A stretch of 64,000 nucleotides of DNA, from contig CAZFGT010000001.1 in assembly GCA_964518505.1 (NCBI GenBank), positions 8 through 64,007 of the forward strand, read 5' to 3'. Origin of the DNA: an uncultured Anaerolineaceae bacterium. Its GTDB lineage: Bacteria > Chloroflexota > Limnocylindria > Limnocylindrales > CSP1-4. Both the position numbers and the translations under genes were made by a program. The notes beneath the pieces were generated by a model. The model worked only from the letters and a program-made list of their open reading frames with translations. It had not been told where the DNA came from and did not search any database. Below, one piece after another: positions 50,567 to 61,014 of the stretch (positions are counted from its first letter, which is position 1; each line of letters starts with the position of its first letter).

Positions 50567-53272
50567 CTAGGAGCCCGAGACCTCCAGGTTGGCCAGGCTG
50601 GCCAGGAGGCGTTTCACACCGTGGTCGGGAAAGGCGACCGTGACTTCCTCGTCGTCACGGGTCAGCTTGGAGGTCACGACGCGCCCCTCGCCGAAGGCGC
50701 GATGCCGCACCCGGTCGCCGTCGCGGTAGCGCCGCTGGCCGGGGATGGCGGGCGTGGCCGGCACCGCCCAGGCGGCCGGGCTGGCGGGAGAGGCGCCGCT
50801 CGGTCGGTCGGTGGCATCGGGCGCCGTCCCGTAGTACGCGGCGCGCTTGGCGGCCAGATCGCGCGTGGGCCGGAACGCCTCGCCGGGCCGCGGCGCGCCG
50901 ACCGACTCCGCCACGTAGCCCCCGCCCGGTGGCAGGATGCGCGGACCCATGGGCCGCGATCGCCCGCGGTCGTACAGCCGCGCCGTACCGCGTCGCCCGA
51001 GCACCACGTCCAGGTCCAGCGGGCCGCCGGCGCGCTCGTCCGGTGAGCGCTGGTCGTCGTCGTAGCCGTCGTCGGCCAGGACGAGACGCGGGCCGTGCAT
51101 CAACTCCCCGGGGATCTCCATGAGGAAGCGGCTCGGCGTGGAGAAGCCGCCGCGGCCCCAGGTCGCCCGCTGCGCGGCGTGGGTCAGGTACAGGCGGTGG
51201 CGCGCCCGGGTCAGGCCCACGTAGGCCAGGCGCCGCTCCTCCTCCATCTGGCGTGGGTCCTCCAGCGCCCGGCTGTGGGGGAAGACGCCCTCTTCCAGGC
51301 CGGTGATGAACACCACGTCGAACTCCAGGCCCTTGGCCGCGTGGAGCGTGATGAGGGTGACGGCGTCGGAATCGCGGTCGTAAGCGTCCTGGTCGGCCAC
51401 CAGGGCGGTCTCCTCGAGCAGGCGGTCGAGCGCGTCGTCGGGAGCCAGGTCGGCGTAGCGCTGGAAGACCTCGCGCAGCTCGAGCAGGTTGGCCCAGCGT
51501 TCCTCGCCCTCCTCGGTCCCGTCGGCGAGCATGGCCCGGTAGCCCGACTCCTCCAGCACCGCGTCCAGGAGCTCGGGCAGCGGCAGGACCCCGATGCGCG
51601 TCCGCAGGCGCCGCACGATCTCCGCGAAGGCCCCGAGGGCCGCCCGCGTCCGTGTGGCCATCTCGGGGTCGTCGATGGCCAGGAGGATGCCCTGCCACAC
51701 GTCCCCCTCGACGGTCGCGGCGAGGCGGCGGATGGTGGCCAGCGTCTTCTCGCCGAGGCCACGGGCCGGCACGTTGAGGATGCGCTCGAAGGCCGCCACG
51801 TCGCGGTCGTTGCGCAGCACCCGCAGGTAGGCCAGGGCGTCCTTGACCTCACGGCGCTGGTAGAAGCGCACGCCGCCGACCAGCTGGTAGCGCAGGCCGT
51901 AGCGCAGGAACGCTTCCTCGATCGGCCGGGACTGGGCGTTGGCGCGGTACATGATGGCGATGTCACGCAGGTGGTAGAGGCGCTCGTCGCCCTCGTCGGC
52001 GCGCCGAGCCAGCACCGACCCACCGGCCCCGCGCCCGTGCACCAGGGCGTCGGCCTGGCGGGCGATCCACTCGGCTTCCTCGTCCTCCCGGTCGGCCTCG
52101 AAGCGCTCGATCAGCACGCCGCGCGGGTTCTCCGTCCAGAGACGCTTGTCCTTGCGTCCCTCGTTGCGGCTCACCACGGCGTGGGCGGCGTCCAGGATGA
52201 GCTGCGTGGAGCGGTAGTTCTGCTCCAGCTTGACCACCGTGGCCTGGGGGTAGTCCTTCTCGAACTCCAGGATGTTCGTGATGTCCGCGCCGCGCCACGA
52301 GTAGATGCTCTGGTCGTCGTCGCCGACCACGGCCAGGTTGTGGTGGCGTGCCGCGAGCGCGCGGACCCACAGGTACTGGGCGCGGTTGGTGTCCTGGTAT
52401 TCATCGACGTGCAGGTAGCGCCAGCGCTCCTGGTAGCGAGCGAGGACCGCCGGCGCCTCGTCGAAAAGGTGCACGGCCTCGATGAGCAGGTCGTCAAAGT
52501 CAAGCGCCCCGGCGGCGTGGAGCCGCGCCTGGTAGCCGCGGAAGGCACGGGCGGCGAGTTGCTCGTGGTAGGTGTGGGCGGCCTTGGCCGCCTCGTCGGG
52601 CCCCAGCAGCTCGTTCTTCCAGCGGCTGATCGTGCCCAGCATGACCGACGGGCGGGTCTCGCCGGTCCCGGCCAGCTCCAGGTCGCGCAGGACCTGCTTC
52701 ATGAGGCCGTTCTGGTCGTCCGTGTCGTAGATGGCGAAGCGCGCATCCAGGCCGATGGCCGACCCGTCGCGCCGCAGGACCCGCGCGCAGAGGCCGTGGA
52801 AGGTGCCCATCGCCACCTGACGGCCGGCGTCCGGCCCCACCAGCGTCATGATCCGCTCGCGCATCTCGGCGGCGGCCTTGTTGGTGAACGTGACGGCCAG
52901 GATCTGCCACGGGCGGACGCCCTTGACGCCGATGAGGTAGGCCACGCGGTGGGCCAGGACACGGGTCTTGCCGCTGCCGGCACCGGCCAGGATGAGGAGC
53001 GGACCCTCGGTCGTCGTGACCGCCCGGGCCTGTTCTGCGTTTAGGCGGGCGACGATGTCGCGGGCCAGCGCCTCGCGGTCGACCGGGGCCGCAGGCGCCC
53101 CGTCAGGGCCGGCCGCCGCCGCCGGAAGTCCGACCGCCCCGAACCATGCCGCGAACTCGGCCGGTTCCTGGGGCGTGGCATCCAGCAGCTCGTCCGGCAG
53201 CTCCAGGGCCGCGTCCGGCGCGTCCTCGGGCGGCGCCTCCAGCTCCCCCACCGACCTGCGCGTCGCCTTCAC
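50567..53272 (-). CDS. pcrA: ATP-dependent DNA helicase PcrA/UvrD
   Basis: AGAGSGKT, VDEYQDTN, QNYRS, TLHAAKGLEF, EEERRLAYV and a C-terminal Tudor-like domain. Confidence 0.96.
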   Translation of the reverse strand: MKATRRSVGELEAPPEDAPDAALELPDELLDATPQEPAEFAAWFGAVGLPAAAAGPDGAPAAPVDREALARDIVARLNAEQARAVTTTEGPLLILAGAGSGKTRVLAHRVAYLIGVKGVRPWQILAVTFTNKAAAEMRERIMTLVGPDAGRQVAMGTFHGLCARVLRRDGSAIGLDARFAIYDTDDQNGLMKQVLRDLELAGTGETRPSVMLGTISRWKNELLGPDEAAKAAHTYHEQLAARAFRGYQARLHAAGALDFDDLLIEAVHLFDEAPAVLARYQERWRYLHVDEYQDTNRAQYLWVRALAARHHNLAVVGDDDQSIYSWRGADITNILEFEKDYPQATVVKLEQNYRSTQLILDAAHAVVSRNEGRKDKRLWTENPRGVLIERFEADREDEEAEWIARQADALVHGRGAGGSVLARRADEGDERLYHLRDIAIMYRANAQSRPIEEAFLRYGLRYQLVGGVRFYQRREVKDALAYLRVLRNDRDVAAFERILNVPARGLGEKTLATIRRLAATVEGDVWQGILLAIDDPEMATRTRAALGAFAEIVRRLRTRIGVLPLPELLDAVLEESGYRAMLADGTEEGEERWANLLELREVFQRYADLAPDDALDRLLEETALVADQDAYDRDSDAVTLITLHAAKGLEFDVVFITGLEEGVFPHSRALEDPRQMEEERRLAYVGLTRARHRLYLTHAAQRATWGRGGFSTPSRFLMEIPGELMHGPRLVLADDGYDDDQRSPDERAGGPLDLDVVLGRRGTARLYDRGRSRPMGPRILPPGGGYVAESVGAPRPGEAFRPTRDLAAKRAAYYGTAPDATDRPSGASPASPAAWAVPATPAIPGQRRYRDGDRVRHRAFGEGRVVTSKLTRDDEEVTVAFPDHGVKRLLASLANLEVSGS

Positions 53273-53336
53273 CGGCCGATTCTACGGGAAGGCCCTTGGC
53301 AGGCCATGGCTGCGCCCCGACGCTATCCTCGGGGCG

Positions 53337-54284
53337 ATGGCACGGTATGGGGTGGCGCGGCTGCTGGCAGCCCTCCTCACGAGCGCCCTGCTCGTTGCCT
53401 GCGGATCGACATCAGTGACCCCGACGCCAACTCCCTCGTCGGTGGCGTCCACCGTCCCGACGAGCACCCCGACGGCCTTGCCCACCCCGACCCCGACGCC
53501 GTCACCGACACCCACCCCCACACCCGTCGCCACACCGCCGCCGCTCGTCCTGCACCACTGTCCCGGTCGCGCGGCTACCGCCCTCGGCGGCGCGGTGAAC
53601 TTCGAGTCGACCAACTGGAGTGGCTACGTCGCAGGCAACGGCCGGAGCCGCCAGGTCACGTGCGTCGAGGGCGCCTGGATCGAGCCGATCGTGACCTGCC
53701 CCAAGTCGGGCACGAGCGATGTCGCCATCTGGGTCGGCCTCGACGGCTCGTCCAGCGAGCACCTGGGTAACGCGGCCATCGGGCCCGAGCAGGTCGGGAC
53801 CCAGGTCGACTGCCGCGATGGGGCGCTCTCACACGGCGCCTGGTGGGAGACCGTCCCCAGCCTGGATCATTCGATCGACTTCGGCGACGTCATCCGGCCC
53901 GCCAGCGGAGACCACATGTGGGCCCAGGTCATCTATGGCCCGCACGGTTTCACGATGACCCTGACCGACCTCACCAGCCAGGAGACGGACTCGATCACGC
54001 AGCAGGTCAAGGGCGCGCCGCGTCTGACCGCCGAGTGGATCGTGGAGGCCCCCAGCGAGGCCTGCGGCAAGGCCACCTGCACGGTGCTGGCGCTGGCCAA
54101 GTTCGCCAAGATCGTCTTCACCGGCGGCCTGGCGGTGATCGCCGGCCGACTCGGGTCGATCGGCGACCGCCACTGGTCACGCGACGAGATCACGGACGTC
54201 ACCACCAGCGGGACACACCGCACGACCGTCTCGGGCCTCGCCTCCAAGGGCCAGTCGTTCACCGTGACCTGGCACCACGTCTAG
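53337..54284 (+). CDS. Lipoprotein with a glutamic peptidase G1 (eqolisin/Peptidase_A4) domain
   Basis: Lipobox LLVAC, PT linker, STNWSGY, WVGLDG, EQVGT (Gln) and AEWIVE (Glu). Confidence 0.85.
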   Translation: MARYGVARLLAALLTSALLVACGSTSVTPTPTPSSVASTVPTSTPTALPTPTPTPSPTPTPTPVATPPPLVLHHCPGRAATALGGAVNFESTNWSGYVAGNGRSRQVTCVEGAWIEPIVTCPKSGTSDVAIWVGLDGSSSEHLGNAAIGPEQVGTQVDCRDGALSHGAWWETVPSLDHSIDFGDVIRPASGDHMWAQVIYGPHGFTMTLTDLTSQETDSITQQVKGAPRLTAEWIVEAPSEACGKATCTVLALAKFAKIVFTGGLAVIAGRLGSIGDRHWSRDEITDVTTSGTHRTTVSGLASKGQSFTVTWHHV

Positions 54285-54368
54285 CGTCGCGCTAGCAGCC
54301 GGCCGTCGGGTTCCGCGGCCCCTGAGGTCGGCGGCGCTCCCATCGGCCCCCACCTATCTGGTCGTACA

Positions 54369-54514
54369 TGACTGGGGGGCACGTTAGAGCCGAAATCCGG
54401 CCCCGAAAGCGCCGCCCGAGTGGCCGCCGAGGTCTCGATCGAGCGTGGATACGGCCTGACCTGCCAACGCCCGCTCCGGAATGCTGCTCTAACGTGCCCC
54501 GGTATCAGATCTGA
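54369..54514. repeat. Inverted-repeat element family A, copy 1 (REPIN/MITE-like, 146 bp)
   Basis: Perfect 15-bp inverted repeat GGGGCACGTTAGAGC (54376-54390) / GCTCTAACGTGCCCC (54486-54500), ending in palindrome TCAGATCTGA. Second copy at 55525-55670. Confidence 0.8.
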
Positions 54515-54542
54515 CCGCGTGGCTGCGGCGTGCGGCCGCCGA

Positions 54543-55469
54543 TCAGGCCGGCGGACGGCGATAGCGGCGCAGGACTGACCGGCGGCGAAACCCGACCGAC
54601 GTGTAGAGCGCCTCGGCAGCGTCGTTCGCCGTATCGGACAGGACCTGGACGAGGCGCGCCCCGAGCGCCGCGTAGCGATGGAGCGCATGGTCGAGCAGGG
54701 CGCCCCCGAGGCCCAGCCGCTGATGGTCGGGATGCGTTCCGACCGGCTCGAACTCACCGACCTTGGCGACCGGATCCCACCAGGCCATGGTGAAGGCGGC
54801 GAATGACCCGTCGGAAGCCTCGACGACGAGGTCGTCCTCGAAGCGGTAGTTGGGCAGCCCGACGAGCCGTTCGTACTTGTCGACGCTCATCCGCGAGGGC
54901 GCGAAGGCGGCCCGGTGGACCTCGACTCGGGCCGGGATCTCGGCCAGGCCAGCGACCGGGCGGATCCGATAGCCCGGCGGCAGCGGGCGTCGTGGCCGGT
55001 CCGCGATGTCGGCGACCGTCCGCTGGAACTGGGAGAACGCCGGGTGGCCGCTGCCCGGTGTGGGAGCAAGGATGAAGCCGGACGTCTCAAGGCGACCGAT
55101 CAAACCCACGTCGTCGGCCCACATCACCAGGGCCCCATCCGCACCTGCTGCGGCACGATGCGTAGCCCCAGCGATGGCCCAGTCCAGGAGGGCGGCCTGG
55201 ACCGCCGCATCGACCTGCGGGTCGCCGCTCCAGACCTGGGCCGCGAGTTCGACCTCATCGACCCAGCTCCAGCCGACGACGCGCTTTCCGGCCGACCACA
55301 GCCGGAGGTGCTGCGACAGGTCGGCCGGCCAGGCCTGGGCGTACCACCACGAGAGATCGCCCGGCGTCACATCCACGAACGGCGCGCGCGCGAGCCATGC
55401 CTGGCTGAGGACGTCGGCGGCGGCCTGCAGATCGGCGATGCCGACGGCCGGCCGCGAGGTGACATGCAC
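54543..55469 (-). CDS. GNAT family N-acetyltransferase
   Basis: GEFEPVGTHPDHQRLGLG and AEALYTSVGF motifs; GTG start 6 nt after TACCCT. Confidence 0.88.
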   Translation of the reverse strand: MHVTSRPAVGIADLQAAADVLSQAWLARAPFVDVTPGDLSWWYAQAWPADLSQHLRLWSAGKRVVGWSWVDEVELAAQVWSGDPQVDAAVQAALLDWAIAGATHRAAAGADGALVMWADDVGLIGRLETSGFILAPTPGSGHPAFSQFQRTVADIADRPRRPLPPGYRIRPVAGLAEIPARVEVHRAAFAPSRMSVDKYERLVGLPNYRFEDDLVVEASDGSFAAFTMAWWDPVAKVGEFEPVGTHPDHQRLGLGGALLDHALHRYAALGARLVQVLSDTANDAAEALYTSVGFRRRSVLRRYRRPPA

Positions 55470-55524
55470 CGGCCAAGGGTACGGCGCGGGCCCGCAAGGT
55501 TGGAGGGCAGAACCTGTCCAAACG

Positions 55525-55670
55525 TGACTGCGGGGCACGTTAGAGTCGCTTTCGACCCGCCCGCGGGGGCTTCAAACGGCCTCGGCCGCACAGGCTCAGC
55601 GTGATCCGGGCGATCGGCGGTGTCCTGCGGCTCTGACAACCGCCCTAACGTGCCCCCGAGTCAGATCTGA
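55525..55670. repeat. Inverted-repeat element family A, copy 2 (146 bp)
   Basis: Left arm matches copy 1 at 22/24 nt and right arm at 25/29 nt; the interior is not similar by eye. Confidence 0.8.
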
Positions 55671-55690
55671 GCATCTTGCCCCGGCACGCC

Positions 55691-56269
55691 TTACCGGAGC
55701 GCCTCGTAGTGGAGGAGGATCTCCTTGTTCTTGCCCGGCTTCGTCTCGATGAGACTCAGCGTCGTCTGACCGTCCATCGGTCCCCAGTACCGAGGACCCT
55801 TCCCGTAGACGACAGGCATGACGAAGAACCAATAGTCGTCGGCGAGGTTGCGGCGGAGGCACTCCCGGACCACGGCGGGGCCCCCCTCGAGGATGATGTT
55901 CCCGCCCTCCTCACGCTTCACCTGCTCGAGGATCTCAGCGAGATCACCGCTCAGGATCCGCGAGTTCTCCCAGTCGGTGGACGCGAGGCGGTGCGAGAGG
56001 CAGACCTTCTCGACCCGGTCCAGGTAGCGTCGATAGTCGATGAGCCATGCCGGCTCGCTCGGATCGAGCGCCTTCTCGCTCCACGTCTGCTGGTGACCGA
56101 GAAAGGATCGTCGGCCCATGACGACCGTCGTAACGTCGTCGAACCGGTCGTACCACATGTTTCGAAAGAGCGGGTTGGGCTCGGTCGACGGCTGACCCGA
56201 CGTCGGATACTCCGGGAAGACGCCGCGGCCGTCCAGGGTCATGTACACGTTCGCCGTGATCTTCCGCAT
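55691..56269 (-). CDS. Dihydrofolate reductase / RibD C-terminal family protein
   Basis: YMTLDG, VMGRRSF, EGGPAVV and VMPVVYGKG motifs. Confidence 0.88.
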   Translation of the reverse strand: MRKITANVYMTLDGRGVFPEYPTSGQPSTEPNPLFRNMWYDRFDDVTTVVMGRRSFLGHQQTWSEKALDPSEPAWLIDYRRYLDRVEKVCLSHRLASTDWENSRILSGDLAEILEQVKREEGGNIILEGGPAVVRECLRRNLADDYWFFVMPVVYGKGPRYWGPMDGQTTLSLIETKPGKNKEILLHYEALR

Positions 56270-56470
56270 CCCCTCATCCTCCGAGCCGTCCGACCATTCG
56301 CCGTGGAGGTTCCGCTTCCGAGGTAGGGAAGGATAGGCATCGAGACACATCCGTGGGCATGGGGTCCAGCGCGGCCGAGGTCGTTTCTGGCTCGTCGCGA
56401 GAACCTGGTCGAACTTGCCTCGCCTCGCCGCCAGGCGCGGGCGCACGAGCGATGGCCTCCGTATCAGTCG

Positions 56471-56866
56471 TCAGTCGCGTTGCGGCAGCGCCCCTGCATC
56501 GAGAAGGGCGGCGTGGGCGGCAAGGAAGGCCTGCCGGCCGGCCGGGCTGCCGCAGTAGGCCGTGACATGGACCATGACCTCGCGGATCTCGTCGACCGTG
56601 GCGCCGCAGTTGAGGGCGCCGCGGGTGTAGATGGAGACCTCTTCAGACCGCCCGAGCGCGGCCAGGATGCCGAGGCTCAGGAGGCACTTGGTCTTCCGGT
56701 CGATCGCCGTTCCGGTCCAGGCCCGTCCCCAGGCCTGCTCGGTGACCAGATCCTGGAAGGTCATCATGAAGTCGTCTGCGGCCGCCAGGTTGCGATCGAC
56801 GTAGGCATCGCCGAGGACAGCCCGACGCGCCGCCAGCCCATGCCGATAGGTATCCGTGCGGTCCAT
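56471..56866 (-). CDS. Carboxymuconolactone decarboxylase family protein
   Basis: GLAARRAVLGDAYV, AWGRAW and HVTAYCGSP motifs. Confidence 0.88.
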   Translation of the reverse strand: MDRTDTYRHGLAARRAVLGDAYVDRNLAAADDFMMTFQDLVTEQAWGRAWTGTAIDRKTKCLLSLGILAALGRSEEVSIYTRGALNCGATVDEIREVMVHVTAYCGSPAGRQAFLAAHAALLDAGALPQRD

Positions 56867-56977
56867 GGAGTCTCCTCCGTGCAGCGTGAGAGCCGGCCAT
56901 CCGCGGACGGACGACCGGCTCTCACCGTTCCCTGATCGGACGATCCGACGGCGCGGACGCCGGCGGACGCGAGCGGA

Positions 56978-58684
<1,707 letters not shown>

Positions 58685-59014
58685 TCAGTCTTCGAGGACG
58701 GCGAGGATGTCCTTCTGGCTGACGATGAGGAGCTCATCGCCTTCGATCTTGAACTCGGTGCCGGCGTACTTGGCGTAGAGGACCCGCTGGCCCTCCTTGA
58801 CGTCCATGGACTCACGCTTGCCGTCGTCGAGGATGCGGCCAGGGCCGGCGGCGAGGATCGTGCCCTCCTGGGGCTTCTCCTTGGCCGTGTCGGGCAGCAC
58901 GATGCCGCTCTTGGTCATCTCTTCACGGGCGGTGGGCTTGATCACGCAGCGGTCGCCCAGGGGGCGGAGCTTGGTCTTGCCCGAGGTCTTCTTGGTCGCC
59001 GAAGCGGTCGCCAA
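58685..59014 (-). CDS. groS: Co-chaperonin GroES
   Basis: LRPLGDR, SGIVLPDTAKEKP and KYAGTE motifs; TTG start after RBS AGGAGG. Confidence 0.97.
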   Translation of the reverse strand: MATASATKKTSGKTKLRPLGDRCVIKPTAREEMTKSGIVLPDTAKEKPQEGTILAAGPGRILDDGKRESMDVKEGQRVLYAKYAGTEFKIEGDELLIVSQKDILAVLED

Positions 59015-59158
59015 CGCGGATCCCTCCTGAAGGTTCCTGATGGGTGCGGGACCCCGGCGTGGGACAGGTCGCGGCCGCGGCCCTGCTGGGCTGGGATCGA
59101 CCGCGCGGCACACCGGCCGCAGCGTCCCGAAGCGGTCGGGGTCGACCGCGATGTGAGA

Positions 59159-59185
59159 TTAGCACTCCCAACGCGAGAGTGCTAA
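59159..59185. promoter_or_regulatory. CIRCE operator (HrcA binding site)
   Basis: Exact TTAGCACTC-N9-GAGTGCTAA upstream of groES-groEL. Confidence 0.97.
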
Positions 59186-59186
59186 C

Positions 59187-59216
59187 AGCCTACCGGAGGT
59201 GTCGGGGGCCTGTCAA
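59187..59216 (-). promoter_or_regulatory. Sigma70-type promoter of groESL
   Basis: TTGACA-N18-TAGGCT directly upstream of CIRCE. Confidence 0.75.
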
Positions 59217-59239
59217 GCGGGAGACCGTAGACTCGCCTG

Positions 59240-59983
59240 GTGGTCGTTCCCGTGCGGCTCGAGCTGCCCCTCCGCGTCCGTTTCGACGAGTGTGGCGCCG
59301 ACGGCTGGCTGCGCTCGTCCGCGGCGCTGCGCTACGCGCAGGACCTGGCGTGGGCCCATTCCGAGTCGGCCGGCTTCGACCGCCGCTGGTACGCCGATCG
59401 GGGCCTGATGTGGCTCGTCCGATGCCTCGGGCTCAAGATGCGAGGCACCGTCGCGAGCGGGGCCACGGTCGCCGTGTCGACCCAGGTGACGGGCTGGCGG
59501 CGCGTGTGGGCCCGTCGCCGGAGCGAGATCCATGCGGACGGCGGGGCGCTCCTCGCCGTCGTGACCACCGACTGGGTCCTGCTTGGCGCGAGTGGTGCGC
59601 CGGTCCGCATCCCGGCCGACATCCTGGCCGCCTTTCCCGGCCGCTTGCCCGACTTCCAGCCCGCCCGGGTCGAGCTGCCCGAACCACCCGGGGATGCGCG
59701 GTCGGGCCGGCTGACCGTCCGCCGCCACGAGCTGGATCCGATCGGCCACGCCAACCACGCCGTCTACGCCGACTGGGTGGAGGAGGCCGTGGCGGCGGCG
59801 GGTGGCGAGGGCGTCATCGCGGCCGTACCGCGGACCATGGACCTGGAGTTCGTGCGCTCGGCCACGGCCGCCATGGCCGTGACCTCCGCCACCTGGCGGC
59901 TCCCCGATGGCGCCTGGGCCTGCCGCCTCACCGATCCGTCGGGCGCCGAGCTCCTGCGGGCGAGGGTCGCGGCCGAGCGCTGA
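59240..59983 (+). CDS. Acyl-ACP thioesterase family (double hot-dog) protein
   Basis: VRFDECGADG in the N-half; ELDPIGHANHAVYADW in the C-half. Confidence 0.85.
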   Translation: MVVPVRLELPLRVRFDECGADGWLRSSAALRYAQDLAWAHSESAGFDRRWYADRGLMWLVRCLGLKMRGTVASGATVAVSTQVTGWRRVWARRRSEIHADGGALLAVVTTDWVLLGASGAPVRIPADILAAFPGRLPDFQPARVELPEPPGDARSGRLTVRRHELDPIGHANHAVYADWVEEAVAAAGGEGVIAAVPRTMDLEFVRSATAAMAVTSATWRLPDGAWACRLTDPSGAELLRARVAAER

Positions 59984-60019
59984 GCCGCAGTGGCCGGCCC
60001 ATGAGCGCACCCCCCTGGT

Positions 60020-60147
60020 TTGCAGGCGAAGACGCATCGGACGCCGGAACGAGCGCTCGGCCGTCGACCGTGTCACGCGACGCACCGGATCGCAGCGGAG
60101 CAGACGGATCCTGGCCTTTCGTCGGTCCGATACGTCGTGGCATGCAA
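60020..60147. repeat. Inverted-repeat element family B, copy 2
   Basis: TTGCA-N6-GACGCATCGGAC (60020-60042), 82 nt spacer, GTCCGATACGTC-N4-CATGCAA (60125-60147). Confidence 0.75.
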
Positions 60148-60168
60148 GGGATCTCGGCCCGGCGAGCA

Positions 60169-60987
60169 TCAGGCCCCTCGGAAGATGCGGTCGTAGTTGG
60201 CCACGAGCTGGTCGCCCAGGGCATCCGGAGCCAGCTGCCGTTGGTCGGCCAGCCAGTGCGCCGTGACGGTCACCCAGGCCGGCTCGTTGCGGCGCCGCGG
60301 AGCACCGGGCGGTGACAGGTACGGCGAGTCCGTCTCCACGAGCAACCGGTCGGCGGGCACGCGGCGCGCGACGGCGGCCGAGGCCTCCTCGCCGTTGCGA
60401 AAGACCAGCCCGCTGAAGCTGATGGCGAGGCCCAGCTCCAGCGCCGCCTCGGCATAGGCCACGGGTCCCGAGAACGAGTGCAGCAGGGCCGGCGGCCGCC
60501 CACCGAACGCCTCGCGCCACGCCTGGTCCCCCACCCCGGCCCTGCGCAGCTCGGCGATGAGCTCGTCCTGGGCGTCGCGAGCGCCGTTCGCGGAGCGGCA
60601 GTGGATCACGGCCGGCTTGCGCGTGGCAAGAGCCAGGGCCAGGTTGCGCCGCAGGTTCGCCAGCTGGGCGGGACGCGGCGAGAAGGCCCGGTCGTAATCC
60701 AGCCCGGTCTCGCCGATGGCCACCACCCGGTCACCACCGGCCAGGCCTACGATGGCCGACCACCCGGCGTCATCGACCTGCGCAGCGACGTGCGGGTGCA
60801 CCCCCACCGCCACATCGATCCACGCGTGGCGCCCGGCCAGCTCGAGCGCCCCGGATGACGACGGCACGTCCCACCCGGGGTCCAGGATCCGCTCGACGCC
60901 AGCCGCAGCAGCGGCCGTGGCCACCTTGTCCGCGTCCGCGGCGAAGGCCTCCGCCTGCAGATGCGCGTGGGAATCGATCAGGCGCAT
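60169..60987 (-). CDS. tatD: TatD family hydrolase
   Basis: DSHAH, GVHPH, GETGLD, IHCR, HSFSG and ETDSPY motifs. Confidence 0.93.
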   Translation of the reverse strand: MRLIDSHAHLQAEAFAADADKVATAAAAAGVERILDPGWDVPSSSGALELAGRHAWIDVAVGVHPHVAAQVDDAGWSAIVGLAGGDRVVAIGETGLDYDRAFSPRPAQLANLRRNLALALATRKPAVIHCRSANGARDAQDELIAELRRAGVGDQAWREAFGGRPPALLHSFSGPVAYAEAALELGLAISFSGLVFRNGEEASAAVARRVPADRLLVETDSPYLSPPGAPRRRNEPAWVTVTAHWLADQRQLAPDALGDQLVANYDRIFRGA

Positions 60988-61014
60988 GCGAGTTCGGGCC
61001 TCCGGCCCCCAGCC

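Noticed and set aside
54369-55670. Integron attC sites / gene cassette (GTTAG and CTAAC words around the GNAT gene)
   Set aside because: The order within each element is GTTAG...CTAAC, the reverse of attC (RYYYAAC...GTTRRRY), on both strands, and there is no intI. Retained as REPIN-like instead.
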